Notes: generated by a model from the sequence alone, not told the origin. Numbered from the stretch's first letter, positions 34,441-48,880 are shown. The stretch is DNA of 64,000 nt from the human T2T-CHM13v2.0 reference genome, Homo sapiens (GCF_009914755.1 NC_060939.1), one strand, 5' to 3'. Numbers and translations: made by a program.

Positions 34441-35024
34441 AAGCATAATTCAAATACAAAGGGTTCTTATTTTAGGGATAAGCACAATGAGATTCAGAGA
34501 TTAAGGTTCTCCTTACCCAAAGTCATCTTCTATTTGACTTCGTGGCACCCATCAGAAAATTTCACATATTATTCAGCACATACGTAGTGTCCAAACTCTG
34601 CCAGGCACTGTGAAAAGTCCCTGGGGTACAAACACAAAAAGACATGGTCTCTGCCTTAAGAATCTTTCTATTTAGTGAGGACATAATTTTACAAAAGCTA
34701 AGTGAATACAAATTAAATTTGTATTGAGTATTCCTTTAGAATTCCAGGACCCTCCTAGTTGGATGAGTCCACAGGACAATAAATCATTGTCCTAGCATCT
34801 CTGTAAGTCCCCAGCTATACTTTCAGACTTTCACAGGGATGCACACTGACTTTGGTAGAGTCAACAGGAAAGAGGGTTTTCCTGGACAGAGCTAAAAATC
34901 CTGTGAGGTTCACACACTTGTAACCCCTTCCCAGCGATCACCATCTACACTCCAGGATTCCTCTGCCATCCATTTATTAATCAAAAACATCCCACAGAGC
35001 CTATTCAGGGCCCAGATGTCAGGC

Positions 35025-35135
35025 TTAGTATCTGGGTGATAAAATAATGTATACAACAAACTCCCATGACACGAGTTTACCTATGTAACAAACCTGCACA
35101 TGTGCCCCCGAATATAAAATAAAAGTTAAAAAAAT
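35025..35135 (+). mobile_element. Short L1PA (older subfamily) 3' end
   Basis: ctgggtgataaaataat...gtttacctatgtaacaaacctgcacatg...aaaataaaagttaaaaa. Confidence 0.8.
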
Positions 35136-35877
35136 ACAATTTTTAAAAAATTTAAAAAGTGTATATTGCCTACATCAGGTGGGGCAGATCGTGCAGACAG
35201 TGGGCATTCCCAAGGGTCAGCCTGCTTCTTCTGTGTGCTCCCAGGTCTCATTTCATGAATTGATTTCAGCCAAGGACTATCTATAATGTAACTGCATGTG
35301 GACTAGCTTTGTCAGAGAAAAGACTGGATGTAACATTCTTCTACGTAGCCGGCACTGAAGAAAATCTTCTTTGGAAAACAAAGGCTATTACTATTAAATC
35401 ACTTAAACATTATTACATGCTATTTGGTACGTTCCAAGTGCATGAGAGTAAAGCAAAACACACAATAGCAAAACATGATCTACTGCAGCAAAATCAAAAT
35501 TCAGTTTCTAGAGTCACAGCTGGAGAGATGCTCTGATGTAACCACAAGTGCCATCCCAGCCACTGGTGAGGCTCTACTGCCCCCGGGTGGCTGAAGTCCT
35601 TCTCTGACAAAGCTGCCGGTGCTCTCATGCTGATAATGTTACAGTGATTTTTACAAGGGCAGAGTGGATGTATGAATAGTTGGATGGATGGATAAATGCA
35701 TGGAGGGATTGGGGTATTCATTCATTTAATAGTATTTAATTTCAACTATTTTTCCACACATGGGGCCAAGAGCTGTTAAGACATGATGTTTGAGATCTGA
35801 GATGTAAAAAACTGCATTGGTGTTAATTAAGCTAGAGCTGTGGTCCGAGCTGCTCAGTGCATTGGTCCCAGGAGAAT

Positions 35878-35922
35878 GGGGCGGGGCGGGATGGGGCGGG
35901 GAGGGGGGTGGGGTGGGCGGGG
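35878..35922 (+). other. G-quadruplex-forming / GC-box cluster (nine G-tracts)
   Basis: GGGGCGGGGCGGGATGGGGCGGGGAGGGGGGTGGGGTGGGCGGGG. Confidence 0.75.
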
Positions 35923-38419
35923 TAAGAAAGGATTAAGGAAGTGACCTAAGATAAGAGGGGAGGGACTTCCCAAATATACTTCTTCTAGGGAGACAAATAT
36001 AGCTCTGGCTAACCCATAGCCTATTAACTCATCACTTGGGTTAACAGGAGAAAGAATAAAAAACAGTAAGTGTGGGGTTAGATGTATACTAGAAGGAATA
36101 CAGGGAAAATCCAAGGTGGGAACAGGGAGAGTAGGCAGAACACTTTGCTACACTGAAAAACAAAGTCAAACAGGTTAAAACAAGATATGGCACTTGACGT
36201 GACTGGTCTTCAAAGATGATGCCACTCAGTATTAGTTACTATACTATTGATGGATATGCAAACTGGTACATTTATTTTGACATAGTGGTTTCACAATCAG
36301 GAATTTATTGTCTAGAATTACTTGCATGATATACAGAGAGAAGAACAGATGAGACCACCTGTTATTCGTTTCACCTGGACTTAAATAATAGAGTTAAGAC
36401 ACTTCGAGATGAGGAGTTTCTTCTGGAGATTGAAGATTGTGCTGGAAGTTGTCACTGTAGCTGGGTTAGTATTGTTAGCTCTTTTTAAGGGTCTGTAAAA
36501 ATTCTACAAGATTCCCAGCGATCTTTTTAAGATTCTATAAAAATTCCCAGTCTTTTGATTTCAATTGAACTCAAATATGCATTTATTGAGCACCTGATGA
36601 ATGCACACTACTTTGGCTGGGTTTTAGGAGGTTGTGATGCAGGGATAACTCAGATCAGATTCCTTCCCTCAAAGACCTTGGTCTAGAGAAGCCTGGCTTG
36701 TAAAAACATAAAATACAGAATTTATGGTGAAATAATGGCTACAATACAGCATTATGAAAATATGGGATAGGGAAGATATGATACATTCTAACTGGAGGGA
36801 TGATGGAGGGGAGATTCCCAGCAGATGTGGCATTTGAGCCTTGAAACAGAATTTTGACAGCTCTAGGGGAAGAGGGTGGGGGAAAGTGGGGAAGGATTCT
36901 TTTCCTTTAGGTTGGAAGAGCATGTGTTGCTATTTATTAAGTCTTTATTGAGCACCAGCAAGGTGTTGTGTAAAATAGACAGCATAAAAACAACTATAAA
37001 GGGGAGATAAAATACATCCCTGAAAAAAAGTCATAACAGTAAATGATACTGTTTGATTACCTATCAAAACAGTCTACAGAATCCAGAGGTGAAGCAGAAA
37101 TGCAGGCTACTTTTCTCTGGGTAGTGAATTAGCCACTTCAAAAATATTTCAGTGAAGTCAGTAAAGGAAAACATGAGGCATAATAAGACATTTCTACCAC
37201 TAGCCCTCCTTTCTTCACTAGATTTTGTAAAAAGTTACTGTTTCTATTTTTAATTACATGAGTAATCTTGCTTCAAAAAATTCAAGGGATAAGAAAAAGT
37301 AAAAAGCAAAATTCTCCCTTCAAAATCCCCTGTTCTCCTCCAATCTCATTTCTCTTTCTGGAAGTAAGCACTATTATCAGCTTACTGTGTTTCCTTCCAG
37401 AATGATTTCAGATGAATTCATGGAAATATGTAACTGGTGTAATTTTGCATAAGTGGATATATGTGTTTTTCTGAACTTTTTTACTCAACACCATATTTTA
37501 GAGAATTTTATATGTTAGCACATAGACCATGGAGTACAGAGCTACAACATTTTTTTTTTTAAACTGGAATTCCACAATTAGGATATACCTTGGCTATTTC
37601 ACCGTTTCCTTTTTAATGGTTAACAAGATGAAAACTGCTAAAGTCTTATTGGGGTTTTTATAACCAAACAAGGGAAAAACGACTCCAACTCTGGGCCTAA
37701 AAGACATCCTACTTGAACCTCTCACTTGCAGTTCCTCATTCAATCCCCAAACTGCAGTGTGTTTCACAAATCCAGTCTCCTAAGTGAAGGGAAAGCAGGA
37801 AACCCTTGAAGAATTCAGTAGTAATACAATGAGATAAGTATGTGCTGTGATTCTTAACTCCTAGCCTTCTCCAAAGGGACCAGTGATCATCTAGGGATAA
37901 ATATGCACTGAAAAAAAAGGAAAATCGCAGTATGCCACAGTAGTTCACTGGTTAGAGTGGGGTTTACAGGGGTGAAGTAATTAAAGGAATTTTAACCCAA
38001 GTCCACCTTACAGTAAGTTCGATGGAACCCTAAACCCTTCCAGTGTTTTTTCCCCAATTCCTGAGTGTACATTTAAAGGACATAAGGCAGAATCTTCACA
38101 TTGGTTTCCTAACCTTTAGAACAAGGGTGAGCAAGATAGAAAAGACTATGAAGAATCCACAGAGCTTTATTACACTCTCCAACCCCCAATCAAAATAGTA
38201 ATGCACAAGTTATAACAATCCCTTGTTGACTAGCTATAGTGTCACCCTAAAATATCTGAATCAATTATCTTAATTTATACCTGCCTTCCAGCTTGACTGG
38301 TAATGAAAACAGATGGACCTGGAAGAATGACTGACAATTATTAACTCAATTAAGTAGTGTACCCAACTGCAGGTGCCTTTCCAAGCATGGTCTCTTTCAA
38401 GGAACAAATCAACAGAGAC

Positions 38420-38694
38420 CCTTGTATGTAGCTATTGCTTACGCAAATGCTTTCTCCTCCTCCATTTAACAAGCACTTACTGTCTTACAGTTTCTGTGAG
38501 TCAGGAATCTAAGCGTGGCTTAGCTGGGTGCCTCCATCTCTGGGTTTCTCAGGCAGCTACAATCAAGATGTCAGCCGGGCTGTGGTCAACTCCAGGCTCA
38601 CCTGGGGAGAATCTATTACCAAGTTCACTCACCTGATTGTTGTCAGGCCTCAGGTCCTTACTGGCTGTTGGCTGGAGACATTGGTTCCTCAACA
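38420..38694 (-). mobile_element. MLT1-type MaLR LTR, partial
   Basis: cttacagtttctgtgagtcaggaatct...ggcttagctggg...ccaagttcactcac. Confidence 0.75.
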
Positions 38695-39785
38695 TGTGTC
38701 CGGAATTGGTGGGTTCTTGGTCTAACTTAAAGAATGAAGCCGTGGATCCTCGTGGTGAGTGTCACAGTTCTTAAAGGCAGCATGTCCGGAATTTGTTCCT
38801 TCTGATGTTCGGATGTGTTTGGAGTTTCTTCCTTCTGGTGGATTCGTGGTCTAGCTGGACCAGGAGTGAAGCTGTAGACCCTCATGGTGAGTGTTACAGC
38901 TCTTATGGTGGCCCATCTGAGTTGTTCATTCATCCCGGTGGGTTCGTGGTCTCACTGGCTTCAGGAGTGAAGCGGCAGACCTTCGCAGCGAGTGTTACAG
39001 CTTATAAAGGCAGTGTGGGCCCAGAGTAAACAGCAGCAAGAGTTATTGCAAAAAGCGAAAGAACAAACCTTCCACACGACAGAAAGAGACTCCATAGGGT
39101 TACTACTGCTGGCTCGGGCAGCCTGCTTTTATTCCCTTATCTGGCCCCACCCACATCCTGCTGATTGGTTCACTTTACAGAGAGCTGATTGGTCCGTTTT
39201 GACAGGGTGCTGATTGGTGCATTTACAATCCCTGAGCTAGACACAAAAGTTCTCCAAGTCCCCACTAGATTAGCTAGACACGGGGTGCTGATTGGTGCAT
39301 TTACAAACCTTGAGCTAGACACAGAGTGCCCATTGGTGCATTCACAATCCCTTAGCTAGACATAAAGGTTCTCCAAGTCCCCACCAGACTCAGGAGCCCA
39401 GCTGGCTTCACCCAGTGGATCCCACACCCAGGCGCAGGTGGAGCTGCCTGCCAGTCCCCGGCCCTGCGCCCGCACTCCTCAGCCCTTGGGCGGTCGATGG
39501 GACTGGGCGCCGTGGAGCAGGGAGCGGCGCTCCTCAGGGAGGCTCAGGCATGGCAGGCTGCAGGTCCCGAGCCCTGCCCTGCGGGGAGGCAGCTAAGGCC
39601 TGGCGAGAAATCGAGCACAGCAGCTCCTGGCCCAGGTGCTAAGCTCCCCCCAACTGCCCGTGGCCAGCGGGGACGGCCGGCCGCGCTGAGTGCCGGGCCC
39701 ACCGAGCCCGCCGAGCCCACGCCCACCCGGAACTCGGGCTGGCCCGCAAGCGCCGTGCGCAGTCTCAGTTTCCGCCGGCGCCTCT
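38695..39785 (-). mobile_element. LTR12 (LTR12C-like, ERV9) solo LTR lacking its 5' end
   Basis: 3' terminus tgtgtccggaattggtgggttcttggtct; tandem ctgattggtgcatttacaa repeats; gcctgcttttattc TATA-like box; CpG-rich U3 ending abruptly at about 39785. Confidence 0.93.
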
Positions 39786-39955
39786 AGTCTTGCTTCCCTC
39801 CAGTCCATTCTTCATGCTACAGGAAGAGTGAGTTTTCTGGAATACAAATCTAATCACAACCGTTCCCAGCTCAAAACCTAGCAGTACTCTAGTACTGGTG
39901 CCTCAGACTAAAATCCAAGCCCCTTGCTTCCTGAGGCAGAGATGAGTGTACGTGA

Positions 39956-40471
<516 letters not shown>

Positions 40472-41108
40472 TGAAAAACAAAAACACCCAAGCCCCTTAG
40501 GGCGTTTTTAATGCCCTTGCCTACCTCTCCTCCCTGTCCTCCAACAACTGCCCTCCCAAGCCCCACAATGCAACTCGCCGGAACTATGCTCAGTTCTTGG
40601 GGTGCTCCAAGCTGTCCTCCACTTAGCCAAGCTCCCCACCCGCTTCCGGGGGTGGGTTTCCACTGTGCACAACAGTACCTAGCGCTTCCCCCACTACAGC
40701 CCCCTTTCACGCTGTGGTAATTGCCAGGTTATCTGCCTCTCCCATTACAGTTCCTTCCTCACAGGGACCGCGTTTAAACCACGGCGGTATCCCTACCGCG
40801 CAGGATGGGCCGAGCCCCGCACGCCCCGAGGCAGCACCCCGCACGCAGTAGCCGGGCGTCGAGGCGTTCCCAGCCCACACCAGGCGCGGACCTACGAAGG
40901 CGGAGCGAGCATGCGCACTAGGAAGGGGCGGGGCGGGGCGCGCGCGATCCCCCGCCCCCTGCACGCGGTCCCAGGAGGGGCGGGCCTTGGCCGCTCGCTC
41001 TCCCCTCCCCCATGCCGCTGCGCTTGCGCGCTGGGGACAACCGTTGCTGGGTGTCCCAGGGCCTGAGGCAGGACGGTACTCCGCTGACACCTTCCCTTTC
41101 GGCCTTGA

Positions 41109-41240
<132 letters not shown>

Positions 41241-41564
41241 TGACGGGCCTGAGGAGGCAGCGGACCGGGGACACCCTGGGGGAACTTCCCGAGCTCCGCG
41301 ACCTCGAAGCCTGGCCCTTCCTTCTCCCTGGTCCTACATGCCTCCCTCCCCCACTGTCCGGGGTCCTGGCCTCGACGCCGAGGGGTGTCCCTCTCCTCTC
41401 CTGGTCAGGGAACGCAGCAACTGAGGCGGCGCGGCCCAGATGAGACGGGAAGCGCCTGCGGGCCGTGGGCGCGGGTGGAACCCCCTCACCTCACCGGAGG
41501 CCTTCCTCTGCCCACCCGATCCTTCCCCAGCCATTGGGCGTGTGACCGTGCAGGGGTCGTGTGA

Positions 41565-42035
41565 CAGCTGCTGGCCAGCTAGGAATGATTTTTACATTTT
41601 CTTCCTTTTTTTTTAATTATTATACTTTAAGTTCTAGGGTACATGTGCACAGCGTGCAGGTTTGTTACATATGTATCCATGTGCCATATTGGTGTGCTGC
41701 ACCCATAACTTGTCATTTACATTAGGTATATCTCCTAATGCTATCCCTCCCCCCTCCCCCCACCCCACGGCAGGCCCTGGTGTGTGATGTTCTATTTTTG
41801 CATTTTCAAAGTAAATATGAAATGTACTCTTTCATGACTTGTGGAAAAGCATGACGCTCACATTTCATTGTTCGTGAATAAAGTTTTACTGGCACACCAC
41901 CACGCTCATTCCTTTACGTATTGCCCATGGCTGCTTTCCCACGTTAGAACAACGGGGTTAAGTGGTTGCCACACAGTCTGGTCTGCAAAGACTGAAGTAT
42001 TTACTCTCTGGCCCTGTACAGAAAAAAAGGTTGAC
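41565..42035. mobile_element. MER58-family hAT-Charlie element interrupted by a short L1PA
   Basis: aataaagttttactggcacaccaccacgctcatt...tatttactctctggccctgtacagaaaaa. Confidence 0.8.
41602..41792 (-). mobile_element. About 190 bp L1PA 3' end, TSD ATTTTTRCATTTTC
   Basis: ttattatactttaagttctagggtacatgtgcac...; TSD 41588-41601 and 41794-41807. Confidence 0.92.
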
Positions 42036-42912
42036 CCGTACGGTAAAATTTGGAGAGCATGTGGATTGTGGGTCGCGGTCTGGGACACTCACCTGAGGAT
42101 GCGCTCCCAGAGAGCATGCTTGCGCACACGGCATTCAAAGCCTTAGTTAAGCAGGATTATAACTTAAGACCTGCCAAGGAGCAATTTTTGTCCCTCCCCG
42201 AAAGCTGAAAACCAATAAGGTCAAATTCAGGGGTGCTAAGACTTTACTATATTAACAATATCATGTGGGCACCTTAAGGCACTTAGTATTTAAGTCAGGT
42301 AGGTGAGGCTTCCCCATTTAGTCTAACTGTAGTTCATTGTGGCATTTAGTAATGTTGGAGTTTGGTTTCACTTAAATCAATAAATACAATTTAACAGGTG
42401 TAAAAAAAGCGCTATCGTGCATGCTGATTATGCAAATCTATTTTTCAGAATTGCTAAACGATCTTAGTTAAAAATCAAATTTAAAAACTGAAAATACAAC
42501 ACAATCTAAATTATGAATAGTAATGGGAAAAGTTCTAGATGAAGTTCTAGGTAACTAAAGTTAGCTCTTTAAATACTAGCATTTATGATTTGTAGCTGTT
42601 TTTAATAAAAAGTTTTGTAAAATTTTTCTTCCTTGACATAGAGGACCAGAACATAATGAAGATGCTACTATCTTTTCTTGATGTCTGATGATCATTATTA
42701 CTAACACCAGTTATTGCATTTTGGTAGTTGTAGATCAGCAAGTCACAAGTGACTAACATATATGGAGACTTTAACTGAAGTGACTTTAACACTGTCACAC
42801 AGTACACTCTGGGACTGCTAGGTAGGAGTCCCTGGACACCCACTTAACTCAGTGCAGTCTCTTGCCTAACACCATAATTTTCCCCTCCCCCTCCCCTTCC
42901 CTTTTCCCCCCC

Positions 42913-43209
42913 TTTTTTTTTTGCCTGAGACAGGGTCTCACTCTCTAGCTCAGACTAGAGTGCAGTGGCCCGATCTCGGCTCACCGCAACCTCTGCCTCC
43001 CAGGCTCGAGGGATTCTCCCACCTCAGCCTCCTGAGTAGCTGGGATTATAGGCGCACGCCACTACCGCCTGGCTAATTTTTGTATTTCTAGTAGAGACGG
43101 GGTTTCACCATGTTGGCCAGGCTGGTCTCGAGCTCCTGACCTCAAATGATCCATCCGCCTCGGCCTTGCAAAGTGCTGGGATTACAGGCTTGAGCCACTG
43201 TGCCCAGCC
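42913..43209 (-). mobile_element. Alu
   Basis: Antisense dimer. Confidence 0.95.
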
Positions 43210-44048
43210 AGCCTGTTGTCTTTCTTAGCACCCTATTCCCTAATCTTTCTTGGGAAGAAAGAAAAGGGTTGTAGGAAATGAAAAGACGCTTCCCAGAAAA
43301 AAGGAGTGATTTTGTGTTGAATATATAGATGTTATAAGACATAAGGAAACTATATACAGGTTGTAATCATAGAAGATGTCTTGGAATATGTAATTACCTT
43401 TCTTCTACAGAAGTGGATTAAGGAATATATAGAGCAGGCAGTGGTACATGGCTGCTTTCTCTGTATCTGTCTCTCTACTTTTTCTCTAATTTTAATTTTG
43501 TTTTTAAAATAAGTATACCAAAATGCGTATATCATTGAGCTTGATGTAAATCAGCTATGCATTCTTTTATATGGCCACTATTCAAACAATTGTTGGCGAG
43601 ATGCAAAAGATAAGGTACATAGGTTTTTATAATGAAAAGTGCAGCTTTGACACATTTTTTCTAGACTACTAGACAGTTTTGAGGTTATTACGCAAACATC
43701 ACGGGTGTATTAAGTAATTGCATTTATTGAAAACCTCAGTACTTCTTGTATCTGCCTATACCTTTCTAACAGGCCCAATCCAAGCTTAGCTAGTATTTGT
43801 TTAATCTAAATTCAGTTAGACATAAATGCAGCTTGGGTATACAGAAGTCGGCACTCCTTTACATACACACACACACATCCTGATGGTGCTGGAGAAACAA
43901 CGTTTTACTATATAAAATTTTTATACATTCAGTTTCCTCTACCTGATTTTTCCATAGTTTTAAATACTTTGCCATTTTTAAATTTTTGAATGGGAAAGTA
44001 TTTAATGTATTCCCTCTTTAATGTATTTGCACTGTGCAACTTACTTTA

Positions 44049-44402
<354 letters not shown>

Positions 44403-45774
44403 CTAAAGTAATATTAACATAATAGTTACATATTTAAATAATATCAACTACTATTAAAATTATATAATTGGCCTTTTTAAATTTTAAGTCATCAAATATT
44501 CATGGGCTGGCAGTGCAAACTAATTAAAATTAAAGTGTGTTAATATTAATTTAATATTAATATATGTTAATTTTTAAATGATTCAAACTTTGCATAATAA
44601 GTATAAATAAAATTAAAATATTAATTTTGGGGTATCTCCCAAATAAATTATTTCCTCTAGATCATCTCTTGGTATAGACTAGGAAAAATAGGGTTAGTCT
44701 AGGATTACAAAAGCTCTTATTTCTAGATTGGTATTATAAGAAGGCTCAATGTATCAGTCTTTGGCTTCTGTCATTGTGTTTAGGAAGGATTTTGTCCTAA
44801 TGAACCACAGAAGGTAAGGGAAACAATAAGGCAGCAACCAGCAACAATTGTTTGAATCTATCACCAAATAAATTAAGAGGAAAAGAATATTCTTTTATTT
44901 CAAATACATTCTAAAGGTAAAGTTCACTGAGTTCTGGTGCTGCAAGTTCACTTAGCTAGTGCCCAAGGCTACAGCATTTAAAAGGTCTCTCAAACCTGTG
45001 AATAAACTGTCATGACACACTTTGTTAATGTTTGAGATAATGAGGAGCATGTCATCCAATAGGCAAGTGTCAAGAGAGTATTCTGTGGGGGAGTAGCAGG
45101 AAGTTTCATTAGCCTGTCCATTGATGTTTTATGGGGGAAAAAAGTCCTGTCTTTCTGTTCTGTTGATCATATTATCCCTTAAATGGATATACTTTAATCT
45201 CTTGATAATATATGTGAAATTAAACTTAAGCAACATTTTTTATCTCCAAATAAAATACTAGTTATTTGAAAAGAAAATATTTTCTTTTTTTTTTAGTATC
45301 ACTATATATTTGAAGCATTTTAAAAACACACAATTTATTTAACCTAAGTATAGTTTTTTCCGAGCCTCAAATATTCATACCTTGACCATTTGGAGCCATT
45401 GTAAGCTGTCTTCTCTTGTTCTTTTGATAGGATCCCATATATTTTTAAAGACTTCTTGTTTTCTGATGTTAACTGATTGTTCCAAGCCCACTTTGTGTCT
45501 TTCCCACTCTATCTTTCTCACTCTGAATGGAATTAACTGTCTTTCCAAGGGGATGGAGAACATGGTATGAGAGACCAAAGTGCCTGCGATACATACTAGA
45601 CTACTGCAGTGGGGAAATATTGTTATTTTTGTCATTTTAGTGAACAGAACTAGAAGAGAAAGATTTAAAATAATGAGTTTATTTTGGTTTCAATTATAAC
45701 ATTACTCATAGGATGCATCTTGATTTTTAACTCTTTATCCGCACTAGAATTGTAACATAATTTAATAAGGCTAT

Positions 45775-46185
45775 TTTGGTTGTGTATTGTGGCAAAAATG
45801 ACTGCTCCCCAAATTTATCATTTTTCATGATTCTATGGGTTCACTAGACTCAGCTGGGCAGCTCTGCTTCATATGGTATAGCTGAGGTCACTCATGCAGC
45901 TGCATTCAGCTGGAAGTTCAAATGGATAGGAACATCCCAGATGGCCTCTCATCCTCCAGGGTCTTTACATGACTTCTCATCTTTCAGTACTCTAGCCCAA
46001 GTTTCTTTACACCATGGCAGCTTGCTTCCAAGAAGGAGATTTATAAGCCCCAACATGGATGCTCTTACGAAGCCTACACTGTATCAGACTTGCTAATGTC
46101 CTATAGGCCAAGACAAGTCACATGGGGCAAGCCCATATCCAATGTCAGAAGACACTACCCAAGAACATGAATAGCAGGAAGTGTA
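45775..46185 (-). mobile_element. Old MLT1-type MaLR LTR
   Basis: ctcagctgggcag...ggtcactcatgcagctgcattcagctgg...tgctaatgtcc...ggccaa...agtcacatgg. Confidence 0.7.
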
Positions 46186-46849
46186 AAGCCATAAAGTTAC
46201 ATTTCTTTAACTGGAACACTTGATTAATATGAACATAATTACTTGTTTATTTACCTGTCAGCAAAAATTAAGATTTGTGTAATAATAAATTATAAGAAAA
46301 TTGCTGGATGAATAAGAAGATTTAATATTTCCTTTTATGACCATTCCTTGAGTACACCTCAGTAATTAAGCACAATTATTACTACTTTGAGTTGGAAATA
46401 CAGTACTCCAGCTCAGTTCGTTTTAAAATTTTAACCTTCATAAAAGTTCATTTTAATTTGAAGGTGTTGGATATTTTAACTGGTAGTTCTTGCATTATTA
46501 CAGCTTTCAGTTATTAATTCTTACTTTAGTACTTAACTGCTGTAGAATAAGGGAAGTTTATTCTTTATGAGTCCACTTCATGGTATGTATAGAAAATACA
46601 AGCAATTTGTTCTCCAAAGTTATGGACATTCAGCCAGAGTGTGTGGACCATCTATAAGTGATGGATGCTTGGGTATATGTTTAAGTTTTATATACATGAG
46701 TTCTTTATGGATAAAGCCATTTTGTTTTCACTATCATTGTAATAAAAATCCTAGTTATATTCAAATCTTTAACAAAATGAGCATCCATAATTGGTGATTA
46801 AATTTTGGGTGCAATCAGCAGTTGCCATATCAAGGCTACTGGCCAAGGG

Positions 46850-47200
46850 CAAAGTAGAAATGTATGTGTATCTACACAATGAAATATTATTTGGCCATAA
46901 AAATCAATGAAGTACCGATACATGCTACAACATAGATGATCTTGAAGACATTACGCTAAGTATAAGAAGCCACTCACAAAAGGACACATATCGTATGAGT
47001 CCATTTATATGAAATGTCTAGCATAGGCAAATGCGTAGCTACAGAAAGTAGATTAGTGGTTGTCCAGGGTCTGGGGGATAAGGGATATGGGAAATGGATT
47101 TTACTGTGGGATGACAAAACTGTTTTAAACTTAGATTGTGGTGGTGATTGCACCACTCTGGACATACTGAAAACCATTGAATTTCATACTTTAAGATAAA
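46850..47200 (+). mobile_element. L1MB-like 3' UTR fragment
   Basis: catgctacaacat...acagaaagtagattagtggttg...gtggtgattgcac. Confidence 0.85.
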
Positions 47201-48002
47201 TAAAAGGTAAATTATGGAGGTATTTTAATATTAAGATTGTGATTTACTTACATTAAAATTATGTCAATGCAGTATTACTTTAGAGATTGATAAAATTCAA
47301 TGAAAGGTAATTAGTAGAACATAAGTTTATGTGATCTAAACTTACATTAGGCTATTTAGTAAGGGGCAGTTACAAGAAGTATGGGGGCTCTCTGAGAAAT
47401 GGAGCTATTTCACCATGATGTTTATGATGTTATTTTATATAAACTTCACACTTAGAAATTTAGAAAGACGTAGTAAGCTGTGTCTTTTATTATAAAAAAC
47501 TGCTTACTTTGCCTAAAATAAAAGAACATTCTTATTACTCATTTAAAATTTTCTCTGTAATAATTATTGGACAATTAGCCAGAAACTGCTCCCCACACAA
47601 TAGTTTTTAGACTAACAGATTTATTTTTAAACATAACATGAAGTCTAGTTTTCTTCCTCTGTATTCTTCTGTAGAAATGTTTTACCTGTGATTATCTTAG
47701 TAAGATAAATTACTAGAAGTGCAATTAATTTACATACCTTCCAGCATTCTGTTCATTCATTCAGTTATTCATACTTTTTGACTGTCTAGTATGGTTCTAG
47801 GCACTGGGTAAAACAGAGTATATAATGAACAAATTAGATGTGTCACAGCTCTCAAAGAGCTTACTAAGTGTAACAGTTAACAAATATTAAACTAACAAAT
47901 ACAGTTAGAACTGTCTAAATTCTATAAAGAAAAGATCAGTATGCTAGAGAGAGACTAAAGAAGGATCTAGGGATCAAAAGGGGAGTAAGGATGGAACTTA
48001 TT

Positions 48003-48226
48003 ATTTTTTTTCTTTATTTCTTCTAAAAAAAAAACAGGATCCATGTGTAGAACGTGCAGTTTCTTACATAGGCATACGTGTGCCATGGTGGTTTGCTGCA
48101 TCTATTGGCCCATCCTTTAAGTTCCCTCCCCTCACCCCCCACCCACCAACAGGCGGTGGTGTGTGTTCTCCAGGGGCTGGGGTATAGGGGATATGGGAAA
48201 TGGGTTTTATTGTTCTCCTCTCTGGG
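48003..48226 (-). mobile_element. Short L1PA8-like 3' end carrying a templated insert
   Basis: ttcttctaaaaaaaaaacagga...tgtgccatggtggtttgctgca...aagttccctcccctc; flanked by duplicated GGAACTTATT. Confidence 0.8.
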
Positions 48227-48477
48227 TAGGAGGGAACTTATTTTACTAAGGAAGTAACATATACACATGCCAGTCCTAGGTTTTATCATTTAAAAATATT
48301 TGCCTACTTGACTGGCAAAACAAAAATTGTTTTTAATTTGCATATCTTTTATGAACAATGAATTTTAGCAAGTTTTCATGCAAATTGGCTTTTATGTTAT
48401 TCTCTTCCTCCTTTAATTGGTCATTCTATGAAAAGGAAATATATTTCACATGTATTATTTATTGAATGAAGTTTTAA

Positions 48478-48880
<403 letters not shown>

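Noticed and set aside
38727-39881. ORFs within LTR12
   Set aside because: LTR-derived non-coding sequence.
44535-44575. AT-only palindromes (ttaatattaa)
   Set aside because: Expected by chance in low-complexity AT-rich DNA.
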